64,000 nt of DNA from a bacterium (GCA_963555815.3 CAUVWX020000001.1:1248001-1312000), one strand, 5' to 3'; counted from the stretch's first letter, positions 48,851 through 59,623 are shown. Numbers and translations: made by a program. The notes: a model not told the origin generated them from the sequence alone.

Positions 48851-49504
48851 ATGGGCGAGATGGACACTGGCCCGATCCGAGGGAAGGTGCTTCAGGTGAA
48901 GATCATCCCACCCCAGGGCTATTTTGCAGCGGAGCTCAAGAGGGAGCAGGTGCTTCGGGTCCTGGACGTCGAGGGTCAACAAGTGGCCGACTTGGTTTGC
49001 TTTAATCTTCACCGGCTGGAAGATAAGCTTTCCCCTCAGAATACAGTCAATCTAAACCAGTCCATCTATCCCCATGTGGGCTACTCCCTCGCCTCCGACG
49101 AGGCAAGGAAGCTTATGACCATCGTCGCCGACACCTGCGGGACCCATGACATGTTAGCGGGCGCCTGTAGTCGCTTTACCAATGAGCTCCGCTACAAGGA
49201 TCATGACACCCCCAACTGCCGCGACAACTTGGCGGCCGCCGTGAAGCCGTGGGGGATCACGTGGAAGGAGGTCCCCTACAATATGAATGTCTTTATGAAC
49301 TGTCCGGTGGAGCCTGACGGGACGTATACTATCCAGGAGCCCAAGTCCAAGGCCGGAGACTATGTGGACTTCCAGGCTAACATGGACGTCCTGGTCGCCA
49401 TCTCGAACTGCCCTCAGGTCCGAAATCCCTGCAACGCCTTTCGATTGACGTCGTTGATGGTGGTCATCTATCACCCCGAAGGACGCCGCCACGTGGTTTC
49501 GTAG
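48851..49504 (+). CDS. DUF1989 urea/guanidine carboxylase-associated family protein
   Basis: D.EG.QV.D, DTCG.HD...GAC, NC.DN, N.FMN, SNCPQ..NPCN. Confidence 0.88.
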   Translation: MGEMDTGPIRGKVLQVKIIPPQGYFAAELKREQVLRVLDVEGQQVADLVCFNLHRLEDKLSPQNTVNLNQSIYPHVGYSLASDEARKLMTIVADTCGTHDMLAGACSRFTNELRYKDHDTPNCRDNLAAAVKPWGITWKEVPYNMNVFMNCPVEPDGTYTIQEPKSKAGDYVDFQANMDVLVAISNCPQVRNPCNAFRLTSLMVVIYHPEGRRHVVS

Positions 49505-49548
49505 AAGGTTGAAAAAGGCTGTTTTCATGGGCCAAGGGGGTTTCGGCT

Positions 49549-49917
49549 GTGCCGCACGTCGTCGTGGAGGGCCCCTGTGCAGTGGGGGAATTCCACGCCC
49601 GCTTCCTTCCTGAAAAACTCCGGGCCGATGGCCGGATCATCAAATTCAATGAGAGCTTCCTCAGCGCCCTGGGGACCCTTGCCCTGGTGGAGGCGGTCGT
49701 GGTGGAAGGGGCCCTCTCGACGGGGGCTACTCCCAAGGCCTTCTTTATTGTCCTCTCCCAGCGGGAGGAGGGGGTTATCGTCCGGCTTCTTTCGGCGACG
49801 GACCCGGAGAAGACAGAAGGCGTGAAGCGGGCCCTCGCCCTCCTGGCGGCTCGCCTAAAGGCCCAAAGCCCGGCCTGTCGTTATGGAAGGACAAACCTTG
49901 AGCCTTTCCTCCGGTAA
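49549..49917 (+). CDS. hypothetical protein
   Basis: ORF co-oriented with neighbours, host-like codon usage. Confidence 0.55.
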   Translation: MPHVVVEGPCAVGEFHARFLPEKLRADGRIIKFNESFLSALGTLALVEAVVVEGALSTGATPKAFFIVLSQREEGVIVRLLSATDPEKTEGVKRALALLAARLKAQSPACRYGRTNLEPFLR

Positions 49918-50011
49918 AAACAGTTTGAAGGCTTTTTTGGAATCCGCAGGGGTTCTGGAGCCTCCCTTTGTCTGTCCTTTTAAGTTGAGTGCGCGCTAAG
50001 GAGGGGATGTT

Positions 50012-50899
50012 GTGATCCTTATCACGGGCGGGACGGGCTTTGTCGGGGGGCACGTCGTCGCTCAGGCCCTCGATGAAAATCTGAAAGTGCGCTGTCTCAT
50101 CCGTCGACCTGACTCGCCCAAGGTCCGGGCCCTTTCGGCAAAGGGGGTGGACGTGGCGGTGGGGGACATCCTTCGGCCCGATTCCCTGACACCCGCCATG
50201 GAGGGGGTGGAGGGTGTCATTCACCTGGTCGGGGTCATCTTTGAGAGGCGGGGCGCAGGTTTTCGTGAGGTCCACGTCGAGGGCACCCGGAACATTCTGG
50301 CCGCCGCCAAAGGGGCGGGCGTCAAGCGGTATGTCCACATGAGCGCGCTTGGGTCTCGCCCGAACGCCGTCAGCCGCTATCACCAGACCAAGTGGGAGGC
50401 CGAAGAAGCTGTCCGGGCAAGTGGGCTCCCCTATACGATTTTCAGGCCCTCCATCATCTTTGGCCCTGGCGATGAGTTCATCAACGTGTTTGCCCGGATG
50501 ATCCGGAGGCTTCCCTTCATCCCGGTGGCGGGGACCGGAAAGAGCCCCCTTCAGCCCATTTGGATAAAAAACCTCGCCGGGTGCTTTATTGAGGCCCTCT
50601 CGATGGAGGGGGTATCAGGAAGGGTTTATGAGGCGGGGGGCCCGGAGAAGCTCACGCTGGAGTCCATATTGGACACTATCGCCCGGGTCCTCGGAAAAAA
50701 GAGAATCAAAATTCACATCCCGATGGCCTTGATGGAGATGAACGCCGCCCTCCTGAAATTCTTGCCAAAACCTCCAGTCACCAAGGACCAGCTCATCATG
50801 CTGCGCGAGGACAACACCTGTGACGTTTCTCACCTGGTCCAGGATTTCGGGATTCACCTCTCGCCCCTTGAGGCCACGCTTCGAACCTATCTCCGATAG
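50012..50899 (+). CDS. NAD(P)-binding SDR, NDUFA9-like / epimerase family
   Basis: TGGTGFVG, HLVG, SALG, YH.TK, FRPS..FG. Confidence 0.88.
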   Translation: MILITGGTGFVGGHVVAQALDENLKVRCLIRRPDSPKVRALSAKGVDVAVGDILRPDSLTPAMEGVEGVIHLVGVIFERRGAGFREVHVEGTRNILAAAKGAGVKRYVHMSALGSRPNAVSRYHQTKWEAEEAVRASGLPYTIFRPSIIFGPGDEFINVFARMIRRLPFIPVAGTGKSPLQPIWIKNLAGCFIEALSMEGVSGRVYEAGGPEKLTLESILDTIARVLGKKRIKIHIPMALMEMNAALLKFLPKPPVTKDQLIMLREDNTCDVSHLVQDFGIHLSPLEATLRTYLR

Positions 50900-50951
50900 A
50901 TGAAAAGCGCCAGGCCACAGTGTGCAGGATCTTTCGGCAATTTCAAGGCCG

Positions 50952-52376
50952 CTAACGGGTCTCGATCAACACCACGTAGGGCGAGAATTCGCTGAAGATC
51001 TCTTCGGGACGCATGGGGGTTTCCCTAGGCGTCACGGTGATGGAGAATTTTTGGGCAAGCTGCGCTTGGTCAAGAAGGAGTGAGGCCGCTGATATCTTTG
51101 TGCCGAAGCGGATCGCCTCCACGCCTCTCTGGATCAGACCAGAGGAGGCGATACCGATGAGCTTGCCATGAGAGTCGATGACCGGTCCCCCACTGTTGCC
51201 CTCGTTGATGGGTGCCGTCATACGGAACTGGGCGATATTGTCCTGAAGGCCGGTCGTGGAGCTCACCTGCCCTGAGACGATGCTCGGCTGTCGGCTGAGG
51301 CTTGGGCCTAGAGGGTAGCCCAGGGCGTGCACCTGCTGGCCGGGCTGAATCTCGGTGCCGAATAAGTTAGGGACGAAGCCTCCCCTCTTCGGCGGCATGC
51401 CCTGCAAGAGAACCAACGCAAGGTCGTTATTGGCATCAGTCGCTACAACCTTTCTCGTATAAACCTCTCCGCTGGGAAAGGAAACCCGTATGTCTTCCAC
51501 CCCCTGCAGCACATGAAAATTGGTCAGGATATGCGAGGTCCCCTGAAGGAGAAACCCCGAACCCGCAGACCGCAATTCTTCCCTATCAGGAGGGATGGAA
51601 GACGGCACAGCAGCGCGTGGCCCCGGGGCAGGCGCAGGAGGTGGAGCTTTGGCGACGGCGGCGGGTGCTGGAGCGAGTTGGGCGAGGGCCTCGGCGAAAC
51701 CTCTTTCTCTACCAAGCTTGCCAATCGCATCGCTGAGCGTCTTAGACATACTGATCGGTGCAACCTGCGGCAGATTGTTTGGAAAGCCTACTCTTTTGGC
51801 CCCATGACCCTCCAGCGAGGCTTCCCACGCCGGATCAGAGAGCCCAGTGCCATACAAACTGACTTTGACGCCAATCGTCGCTTTAAATTCCTGGCCTGAA
51901 AACGTTCCGCCTTTCCCAAGGAATTGCGTAATTTCTGCTTCAAGTCGACCCTTGGCCCTCGCAGGAGAAGAGGCGACTCCTATTCCCAAGCGAAATAGCT
52001 CCTGGATGAGGGCCTCTTTCACGGAGAAGGCTAAAGGTGTGTCCATAACTAAACTTGAGCCGGAAGCTTCGAACACTAATCGCGGATTAACGCCGCGCCG
52101 ATCAGCAACATCCGGCACGAAAAGTTCCACATCCGCGCCCGCAGGGAGATTTAAGAAGGTGGGAGAAGTGGTGGGTGTATATGTGGGTCTCGCGATCGTC
52201 GTGGTGCAGCTGGACACCAAGAAGCTAGTGATCAGGAGGCCTGCGGCCAAACGGGCTTTGCTCAGAAAAGGACGACTTCTCTGCCTCAATTGTCTTGTCT
52301 CCCTCCAGCTGGGCCTTTTCCCCATTCCGTTTGGCATCACTAGCCTCCTTGAAGACTGATAGCTGAATAAAGGCAT
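50952..52376 (-). CDS. lipoprotein with C-terminal trypsin-like serine protease
   Basis: Lipobox VSSC, Pro/Ala linker, GSGF..TNFHV, DLA, GNSGGP; start uncertain. Confidence 0.85.
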   Translation of the reverse strand: MPLFSYQSSRRLVMPNGMGKRPSWRETRQLRQRSRPFLSKARLAAGLLITSFLVSSCTTTIARPTYTPTTSPTFLNLPAGADVELFVPDVADRRGVNPRLVFEASGSSLVMDTPLAFSVKEALIQELFRLGIGVASSPARAKGRLEAEITQFLGKGGTFSGQEFKATIGVKVSLYGTGLSDPAWEASLEGHGAKRVGFPNNLPQVAPISMSKTLSDAIGKLGRERGFAEALAQLAPAPAAVAKAPPPAPAPGPRAAVPSSIPPDREELRSAGSGFLLQGTSHILTNFHVLQGVEDIRVSFPSGEVYTRKVVATDANNDLALVLLQGMPPKRGGFVPNLFGTEIQPGQQVHALGYPLGPSLSRQPSIVSGQVSSTTGLQDNIAQFRMTAPINEGNSGGPVIDSHGKLIGIASSGLIQRGVEAIRFGTKISAASLLLDQAQLAQKFSITVTPRETPMRPEEIFSEFSPYVVLIETR

Positions 52377-52438
52377 TTTATCGCGGAAATCAGTAAACCG
52401 ACGCCGAACATTTGTCCCATATGCCGTCTCTAATCCCC

Positions 52439-52948
52439 TTATTTCTTCGAAGAGGAGCCCCTGCCAGGGGTTTTTGTTTTAGAGACCTTGATACGCCCCC
52501 CCTCCAACTGAAGGGTCACCTGCTCTTTGACCGAGGCCAGGACCACACTGGTCTCGGTCCCGGTCACCCCCTTGATGGAGCGCACCTGATCCATCAGGAG
52601 ACGGTCCAGGGCCTCGGCGTTCTCGACGCGAACCTTCAAGATGTAAGCGTGAGTCCCGGTCACACGGTGGCATTCCTGGACGGCGTCAAGGGCGTGGATG
52701 GCTTGAATGAAGGGGTCGTTGAACTTGGGGGACTCGATGGAGACCAGGACAAAGGCCGTGATGTCTTTCCCGAGCTTTTTGAAGTCCAGGAGGGCCACAT
52801 AATCCCGAATGATTCCTTGGCCCTCGAGCCTTTTCATCCGTTCGGCGACCGAGGGGGGCGTGAGCCCCACCGTCTTTGCGATCTCCAGCCCCGTTGCCCT
52901 GGCGTTTTCCTGCAACTTGTTGAGGATTTCCACGTCAATGGCGTCCAT
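52439..52948 (-). CDS. Lrp/AsnC transcriptional regulator
   Basis: MD.ID..IL..LQ.NAR...IA..VGL..PSV..R..RLE..GII..Y; ECHRVTG. Confidence 0.92.
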   Translation of the reverse strand: MDAIDVEILNKLQENARATGLEIAKTVGLTPPSVAERMKRLEGQGIIRDYVALLDFKKLGKDITAFVLVSIESPKFNDPFIQAIHALDAVQECHRVTGTHAYILKVRVENAEALDRLLMDQVRSIKGVTGTETSVVLASVKEQVTLQLEGGRIKVSKTKTPGRGSSSKK

Positions 52949-53205
52949 CTCACCCTCCCGAAGGCCTTTTACCACATTTTTTAAACTTTTTTAGCTTATT
53001 ACCTAATCTATGTTGAAATAAATTTACATAAACCTTAAATTAATACTAAGAGCCCTCGACAAGCTGGTGCGTTGACGGGACCGATGTCCTGAGAGTTTAC
53101 GCCATCTGCCGGGGGGCCGTAAAGCGGGCAAGAGGCGGCCTTTCTGCCGAATGGCCGAGAAGGGATGAGGGTTTTTGTGCACGATAGAGAGAGGAGGAAA
53201 ACCAA

Positions 53206-53658
53206 GTGGCATCTCTAAAACATGCTGCCGTCTGCACCCAGGACATCGGCGAGACCCTTGAGTTCTACGCCAAGGTCTTCGGCCTGAAAGTTGTTAAACG
53301 CATTGAGACCGATGATTTTGAAAACATTTTCCTCAGCGATGGGACGACCAGCCTCGCCATCCTTCGCTACAAGACCCAGAAGGGGGCGCAGGCCTGGACT
53401 GTCGGCCCCCCCATCCGGATGGTGGGCCTAGACCACCTGGGCTTCGCCGTCGATGATCCAGAGGAGGTCAGAGAGCGCCTGGTAGAGGTCGGGGCCCCCG
53501 TTCAGGGTCAGCCGGAACGCTACAACAGGTTTAACCTGAGTGTCCCCTTCAAGACCCGGGACCCGAACGGCGTCCTCATCGACGTCGCCTCCACCTGGCC
53601 CGGAATTAAATCTGTTGGCGAGGAACAGGAGACCCTCGTCTCCACCCTGGCGGATTGA
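53206..53658 (+). CDS. VOC/glyoxalase family protein
   Basis: H.A....D......FY..VFG, GLDH.GF.VDD, DPNG. Confidence 0.88.
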   Translation: MASLKHAAVCTQDIGETLEFYAKVFGLKVVKRIETDDFENIFLSDGTTSLAILRYKTQKGAQAWTVGPPIRMVGLDHLGFAVDDPEEVRERLVEVGAPVQGQPERYNRFNLSVPFKTRDPNGVLIDVASTWPGIKSVGEEQETLVSTLAD

Positions 53659-53994
53659 GTCGCCTGAATTGAAAAAGGGGGGCTCGTCTGTCTCGGTGCG
53701 TCGGAGGTTTAGAGCCCCCCCCTAAAATTACTTTCTCCAGTTTTTTCAGTTGGTTCGGCGTCCATCCTTGAAAAATCGAAAATCGAAAATTGAAAATTCT
53801 GGCAGTCCCGTCTGGTCTGGGGCCGGCACGAAGACCTTCTTCCGGCGTTTTTTGGATTCAGTCTTGCATCGGCCGGTGTTCTCTGGCATTTTGATATGCA
53901 GATTCTCTAAGATAAATTCAGGAGACGATTGGCCAAAGATATCGGTTTACGCGACAGATAGAGACGGTACCCCGGTCATCCCTGGAAGGGAATC

Positions 53995-56349
53995 ATGTTT
54001 CGATCCTTCTTCCACAAGTTGTGCCTGAGCGTCCTCGCCGCAATTTTTCTTGTGCCATTGTCCTACGTCGATACGGCTTTTTCAGAGGCCGAGGATCAGC
54101 ATGTCGCAGCGCCCGGCGCCGACGCGGCCGTCACGGGTTCCCTGCCCGGGGCATCCGCTTTTGATGAAATTCTTGTCGGGGAGCTCGAAGCGGCCAGGGC
54201 CAAGCAAGACCCTCAGTACAAGCCTCGCACACGCCATCTGAGGGCTGACGGCTCGGCGAAGTACACGAACCGTCTCTTCCTCGAATCGAGCCCCTATCTT
54301 CTCCAGCATGCGCACAACCCGGTGAACTGGTACCCCTGGGGTAACGAGGCGTTTGAGGCCGCGGAGAGGCTGGGCCGTCCGGTGTTTCTGTCTGTGGGGT
54401 ACTCGACCTGCCACTGGTGTCATGTGATGGAGGAGGAGTCCTTCGAAGACGAAGAGATCGCCCGTGTGCTCAACGAGAACTATATCGCCGTCAAGGTGGA
54501 TCGTGAGGAGCGCCCGGACGTGGACGCCATCTATATGAACGCGGTCCAACTTCTGACGGGCCGCGGCGGATGGCCGATGACCGTTTGGCTCACTCCAGAC
54601 CAGAAGCCTTTATTCGGAGGGACCTACTTCCCCCCCCGTGACGGCGATCGGGGTGCCCAGGTCGGTCTTCTGACCCTGTTGGACAGGATCCGAGAGGTCT
54701 ATGACACCGAGCCCGATCGCGTCGCCAGGGCGGCGGACGAGATCACGGAAAGGCTCCGGCAAAACCTGACCCCACCTGCAGGGCAGGGACTCCCCGGGGC
54801 TCCGGTCATTCATAAGGCGGCGCGATTCTACAAGGAACGCTTCGATTTGGTCTTCGGGGGAATGCAGGGAGCGCCCAAGTTCCCCAGCAGCCTATCGGTC
54901 CGTTTTCTGTTGCGTTACCACCTGCGCACGGGGGATGAGCAGTACCTTCAGATGGCGGAGGTAACGCTGGAGAAGATGGTGGCTGGAGGGATATACGACC
55001 ATGTGGGGGGCGGATTTCACCGCTACTCCACCGATGTCAGCTGGCTTGTGCCGCACTTCGAGAAGATGCTCTACGACAACGCCCTTCTCGCTCTCACTTA
55101 CCTTGAAGGCTATCAGGCGACCGGGCGAGAGGATTTCGCGCGGGTGGTGAGAGAGATCCTTCGGTACGTTGGACGGGATATGACCTCACCGAGCGGCGCC
55201 TTTTACTCCGCCACCGACGCCGACAGTCTGAATCCCGAGGGACATCGGGAGGAGGGTTGGTTTTTCACCTGGACGCCCGACGAGATCGAAGCCGTGCTTG
55301 GCAAGGACCGTGCGCGTGTCCTTGCGACCTATTATGACGTCACCGCACGGGGCAACTTTGAGGGGAGAAATATCCTAAACACACCGGGCAGCCTTGATGA
55401 GATCGCCCGTGCCCTTCGCCTTTCCCCTGAGGAGGCCCAGGCCATCGTGGAGGAATCCAAGGAGTTGCTTTATGAGGCCCGCGGCAAACGGCCTCCGCTG
55501 CTCCGGGATGAGAAGATTCTGACCAGTTGGAACGGTCTCATGATCTCAGCCTTCGCGCAGGCTGCACTGGTTCTAGAAGACGAGGACTATGCGAGGCGGG
55601 CCGAGGCGGCAGCCGATTTTATCCTCAAAAACCTTCTCAGAGGGGATCGTCTGGTTCACAGCTACAAGGATGGGCGGGCGCGTGACAATGCTTTTCTCAG
55701 CGACTACGCGTTCTTCACAGCCGGACTCCTCGATCTCTACGAGATAACGGGGAATCCCCGTTGGCTGAAAGCGGCTATCGACCTTGACGCCGTTCTGGAA
55801 AAGTTCTACGAGGACAAGGAAAACGGTGGGTTCTTCATGACGCCCTCTGACTACGAAAATCTTCTGGTCCGGGAGAAGCCGGTCTACGACGACGCCGAGC
55901 CCTCTGGAAATTCTGTAGCGGTCATGAATCTGCTCCGGTTTTACGAGTTCACAACCCAGGATCGATATCGAAAGCGGAGTGAAAAGGGATTCGAAGCTTT
56001 CAACAGTACGCTGAGGCAAGCACCATCGGCCCTCTCCGAGATGCTCTTGGCCACTGACTTTTATCTCGATAAACCCAAAGAGGTGATCATCATCACGCCC
56101 AACTCGAGGGCGGAGGCCGAACCACTGCTCGAACAGCTTCGCGCTACATTTGTCCCCAACCGGATTCTGGCCGTGGTGTCAGAGGGGGAGGAACTCGCGT
56201 CCCAGGCGAAGCTTATCCCGCTTCTTGAGGGGAGGATAGCGAAGCAGGGGAAGGCGACCGCATACGTGTGTTCGGGTGGAATTTGCGAGCTCCCCACGAC
56301 TGATCCCGAAGTCTTTGGCAAGCTGCTTCGTGAGGTGAACCCGTTCTAA
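53995..56349 (+). CDS. thioredoxin-domain YyaL/SPATA20 family protein with an N-terminal signal-like extension
   Basis: [37 protein letters not shown]. Confidence 0.93.
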   Translation: MFRSFFHKLCLSVLAAIFLVPLSYVDTAFSEAEDQHVAAPGADAAVTGSLPGASAFDEILVGELEAARAKQDPQYKPRTRHLRADGSAKYTNRLFLESSPYLLQHAHNPVNWYPWGNEAFEAAERLGRPVFLSVGYSTCHWCHVMEEESFEDEEIARVLNENYIAVKVDREERPDVDAIYMNAVQLLTGRGGWPMTVWLTPDQKPLFGGTYFPPRDGDRGAQVGLLTLLDRIREVYDTEPDRVARAADEITERLRQNLTPPAGQGLPGAPVIHKAARFYKERFDLVFGGMQGAPKFPSSLSVRFLLRYHLRTGDEQYLQMAEVTLEKMVAGGIYDHVGGGFHRYSTDVSWLVPHFEKMLYDNALLALTYLEGYQATGREDFARVVREILRYVGRDMTSPSGAFYSATDADSLNPEGHREEGWFFTWTPDEIEAVLGKDRARVLATYYDVTARGNFEGRNILNTPGSLDEIARALRLSPEEAQAIVEESKELLYEARGKRPPLLRDEKILTSWNGLMISAFAQAALVLEDEDYARRAEAAADFILKNLLRGDRLVHSYKDGRARDNAFLSDYAFFTAGLLDLYEITGNPRWLKAAIDLDAVLEKFYEDKENGGFFMTPSDYENLLVREKPVYDDAEPSGNSVAVMNLLRFYEFTTQDRYRKRSEKGFEAFNSTLRQAPSALSEMLLATDFYLDKPKEVIIITPNSRAEAEPLLEQLRATFVPNRILAVVSEGEELASQAKLIPLLEGRIAKQGKATAYVCSGGICELPTTDPEVFGKLLREVNPF

Positions 56350-56496
56350 CTAGACACCTCACCGCGTTCGGCAAACCGCTGTTCAACCGGTAGATATCCG
56401 AGACAGATCGAAAACTCCATTCCGCTTGGCCGCCAAGCAGGCCACTCCATTCTGCGAAAGAGACGAGATATCCCCCTTCAGGGCGCTAGGGGCCTT

Positions 56497-57396
56497 TTAT
56501 TCTCTGACGGAGAGAGTGGACAGGAAGAGGCGTGCGATCTGGCGGGCACGGAAGGGGAGGAACGCGTAGGCGAAGGCGTGGAGAAGGGCGGCTCTATAGG
56601 GGAAGTGGATAGGGAGGCATTTTGCGCCGGGGAGATGTTTTTCTACCTCTTGAAGGAAGATGTCCCTCGAGTGGGGCTCCTTGTGGCCGTTCAGGAGGAA
56701 GAGGCGCTTGGTTGCGAATCGCCCCGCCTTGAGCGTGTGAACGGGATCGATGGCCTCCCAGCGCTGGCGAAGGAGGTCGAGCGTCATCCCTCGGGACTCG
56801 AGTGTCCGGCGACAACGGGCGGTTTTCGGGGAATGCCAGAAGGCGGCCGCTGGGTCTCCCATCGCCAGGACCACAATGCCTGCGTCGAACTTCTCCCTGG
56901 AGAGGCTTTGAAGGGCGATGAGGCCGCCCAGGCTGAGGCCGAGGAGTCCGATGGGGCGATGGGGGCTGACTTCTCGAAAGTGTAGCAAGAGACGGCGGAT
57001 ATCTTGGAGGGACTGAAGGAAGTTGTCCCGCGTCCAGTCCACGTTGTCCGTTATCACGAGACTGCCGTTGGGATGGCCTGCGGGAGAGCGCCGGCCGTGA
57101 AGGGGCATGGTCAGAAGGCAGGATTCCACTCCCCGCTTGAGGAGCCCTTGGGTTAGAAATTGCTCGATTCGCCAGGGTCCCCTTCGCCACCCGGGTACGA
57201 TGAGGAGTAGCGGGAGTTCCCGTCCGGGTCTCTTCAGGTGGAGGGCAAAGGCGGTCCCGTTCTCTGGATAAGGCGTCCGTCTGGGACTCGGGAAGGAGAG
57301 CTCCACCTCAACACGCCCGGGGGTGGAACGCATCTTGCGAGAGGTGACAGGCTGGGCTTCTAGATGAAATTCCCCCTCTTCATCCATCTTCTTCAA
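56497..57396 (-). CDS. alpha/beta hydrolase family protein
   Basis: P.HG.R, GLSLGG nucleophile elbow; acid and His residues not clearly recognisable. Confidence 0.7.
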   Translation of the reverse strand: MKKMDEEGEFHLEAQPVTSRKMRSTPGRVEVELSFPSPRRTPYPENGTAFALHLKRPGRELPLLLIVPGWRRGPWRIEQFLTQGLLKRGVESCLLTMPLHGRRSPAGHPNGSLVITDNVDWTRDNFLQSLQDIRRLLLHFREVSPHRPIGLLGLSLGGLIALQSLSREKFDAGIVVLAMGDPAAAFWHSPKTARCRRTLESRGMTLDLLRQRWEAIDPVHTLKAGRFATKRLFLLNGHKEPHSRDIFLQEVEKHLPGAKCLPIHFPYRAALLHAFAYAFLPFRARQIARLFLSTLSVRE

Positions 57397-57447
57397 CCCT
57401 CGCCGATCCCCGTCTTGCCGGTTGTGAGGGAGAGCGTTTCGTTGTGA

Positions 57448-58110
57448 TTAGCAGTATTTTCTGTAAACTCCGTCGAGCATTGACCACATGGATTCGAGCG
57501 ACGTATTCAAGGCCCTTCTCACCTTTGCTTTTTGTTCTTTTGTCTTCGCGTGCTTTGTAATTAACTTCTTCCAAGTTTTCTGGTGCTCGATGTCAACCGC
57601 ACTGTGGACTTCAAAAAACTCTAAAGAATTTTTGTCCTTTAGATTGTAATGCTTCTTTAGCCCTTGCATTTTCAGCGCTGCGATGTCAGGGACCTGTGCC
57701 TCATAAGCGAGCAGCGCAGCGGCGCCTTCTAAAAAGCTTTTTGAAGAAAGTTTTCTTAGCGAGTCAAGCATGCCCTTTGTCTCAGGAAGCATTTTGACGT
57801 CGATCTTGTTTCTTTTTACCCCGATGCCTTCGGCAAACCGAAGCCAGAGCTCTGTATGTGGAAGATCTTTGTCTTCTTCTTCATTCAAGTTGTCCAGTAT
57901 GAGCATCCTATCTTCTTCGTCGGGGGTGTTTGAGTGCACCCTGCTTACCAACCTCGGAAACTCCGAGACAAATTTGTAGTATTGCTGTGCATAACCCCTC
58001 AGCGCCTCAAGACTGATTTCACCTTCATTCCATAGCTGGTAGAACTTGTGCTTCGACAAGTGTTTCTTATGGATGTCCTTTTCGAGCAATTGGACGAAAT
58101 CCCTTTTCAT
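57448..58110 (-). CDS. CADD/PqqC-like diiron protein (putative pABA synthase), AT-richer
   Basis: H.FYQ.W..G, YA.QYY.FV..FP, NL.EEE....H..LW..F, YE.Q.P.IA..K, FF.VH..VD..H. Confidence 0.85.
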   Translation of the reverse strand: MKRDFVQLLEKDIHKKHLSKHKFYQLWNEGEISLEALRGYAQQYYKFVSEFPRLVSRVHSNTPDEEDRMLILDNLNEEEDKDLPHTELWLRFAEGIGVKRNKIDVKMLPETKGMLDSLRKLSSKSFLEGAAALLAYEAQVPDIAALKMQGLKKHYNLKDKNSLEFFEVHSAVDIEHQKTWKKLITKHAKTKEQKAKVRRALNTSLESMWSMLDGVYRKYC

Positions 58111-58196
58111 ATTTCCACCTCCAAATTTTCAGATTTTGGATCTTTAAATTTTATCATCTCGGACCCGGTTTCAACATTTTCTTTTTAAGGTGAAAG

Positions 58197-58952
58197 TCAG
58201 TGCATGAAAGAGCCTCCGTCCACGACCAGGGTCTGACCGGCGACAAAGTCGCTTTCATCTGAGAGAAAGAAGACCACGGCCCCGACCAGGTCCTCGGGGA
58301 ACTGGCTTCGGGGGATGGCCCGGGTCTTCATCATGGCCCGGTCCTCTTCCTCCAGCTCGGGGCGGGTGGCGACGAGGGCCTCGCTTTGGGTGAGGCCCGG
58401 CGCCACGGCGTTGGCGCAGATCCCGTCCTTTCCCACCTCTCGGGCGATGGCCCGCGTGAGGGCCACTACGGCTCCTTTGGAGGCCGTGTAGTGGAGGAAG
58501 TTCGGTGTCCCCTTGAAGGAGACGCCCGAGGCAATGTTGACGATCTTCCCCTTCCCCTGGGCCTTCATGTAGGGATAAACAGCCCGGCTGCAGAGCCAGG
58601 TTCCCTTGACGTTCACGGCCATCACCCGGTCCCAGTCGGCCTCGAGGATATCGTGGAAGGGGCCGTAGCGAATCTCCGCGAAGATCCCGGCGTTGTTGAC
58701 GAGGCCGTCGATGCGGCCAAATCGCCCTTGGGTCTCTTTGGCCATGGCTTCAACGCTCTTCCCGTCGGTGATGTCGGTCCGCAGAGAGATCGCTTCAGCG
58801 CCCGCTTTTCGAACCTCCTCGGCCGCCGGCCCGCCATCAAGGATGTCAGCGATCACCACCCTGGCTCCCTCCCGGGCGAGGCCGAGGGCGTAGACCTTGC
58901 CGATCCCACGGGCCCCTCCGGTGACGATGACCACCTTGTCCTTCAAGCGCAT
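58197..58952 (-). CDS. short-chain dehydrogenase/reductase
   Basis: TGGARGIG, NNAG, YTASK, VDGG; GAGGAGG RBS before ATG 58952. Confidence 0.92.
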   Translation of the reverse strand: MRLKDKVVIVTGGARGIGKVYALGLAREGARVVIADILDGGPAAEEVRKAGAEAISLRTDITDGKSVEAMAKETQGRFGRIDGLVNNAGIFAEIRYGPFHDILEADWDRVMAVNVKGTWLCSRAVYPYMKAQGKGKIVNIASGVSFKGTPNFLHYTASKGAVVALTRAIAREVGKDGICANAVAPGLTQSEALVATRPELEEEDRAMMKTRAIPRSQFPEDLVGAVVFFLSDESDFVAGQTLVVDGGSFMH

Positions 58953-59179
58953 GGATGCCTCCTCGTCAAGGCGGGGACCGTGCCTTCGGCCGATTCCTAG
59001 AAGGAGGAACGCAGAGAGCATCACTATACTCTAAGGGGCTTGAGTGGCAAAGAGTCAGGTGTCCCTGTGAACGACGGTTTTTTTGGTAATATAGTTTTCA
59101 TCTTCACCGTGAGCGAAATGGCCCTTGTGATGACTGGCAAGCCTATCGACTCCGACACCTCTCTGGAAGCTTTGGGCGA

Positions 59180-59623
59180 ATGAAGACGACCAGCAGCAGA
59201 CTTTTCGCGGCCCTCCTCCTCGCCCTCGGAGCCTGCGGCCAAGTGGGAGAGCGGGAGTCGGTGGCCCGGGAGTTCATAGAGGCCTACTATGTCCGGGCAG
59301 ACCTGCCTGCGGCCCGAAAGGTCGCAACGGGCCTTGCCCTTCAGAAGATCGACCGCGAGATAGAGCTTCGAAAGGAGGCCGGGGATACACAGCCTTCTCC
59401 CGAGGCGGCCGGCGAGAGGTCCGTGACCTTCCAGGTCCTGGAAGAGAGGTCCCGGACAGAGGGGCGTTCCGCCTTTCTCTTTGATCTCCTCATCGGCGCA
59501 GAGCCCATCAGCTTCAAAAGGCGGACCCTCATCACCATTGGCCGGATCAGAGGGTCTGGGGAGAGGGAAGGTTGGATTGTCGTGAATTTTAGCGAGATCG
59601 ACGTGGCCCCCAACTCCCCCTAG
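59180..59623 (+). CDS. hypothetical lipoprotein
   Basis: Lipobox LGAC after a hydrophobic stretch. Confidence 0.65.
   Translation: MKTTSSRLFAALLLALGACGQVGERESVAREFIEAYYVRADLPAARKVATGLALQKIDREIELRKEAGDTQPSPEAAGERSVTFQVLEERSRTEGRSAFLFDLLIGAEPISFKRRTLITIGRIRGSGEREGWIVVNFSEIDVAPNSP

Noticed and set aside
53048..53176. SAM-I or TPP riboswitch
   Set aside because: Only short coincidental words (GATGAG, CTGAGAG); core conserved elements missing.
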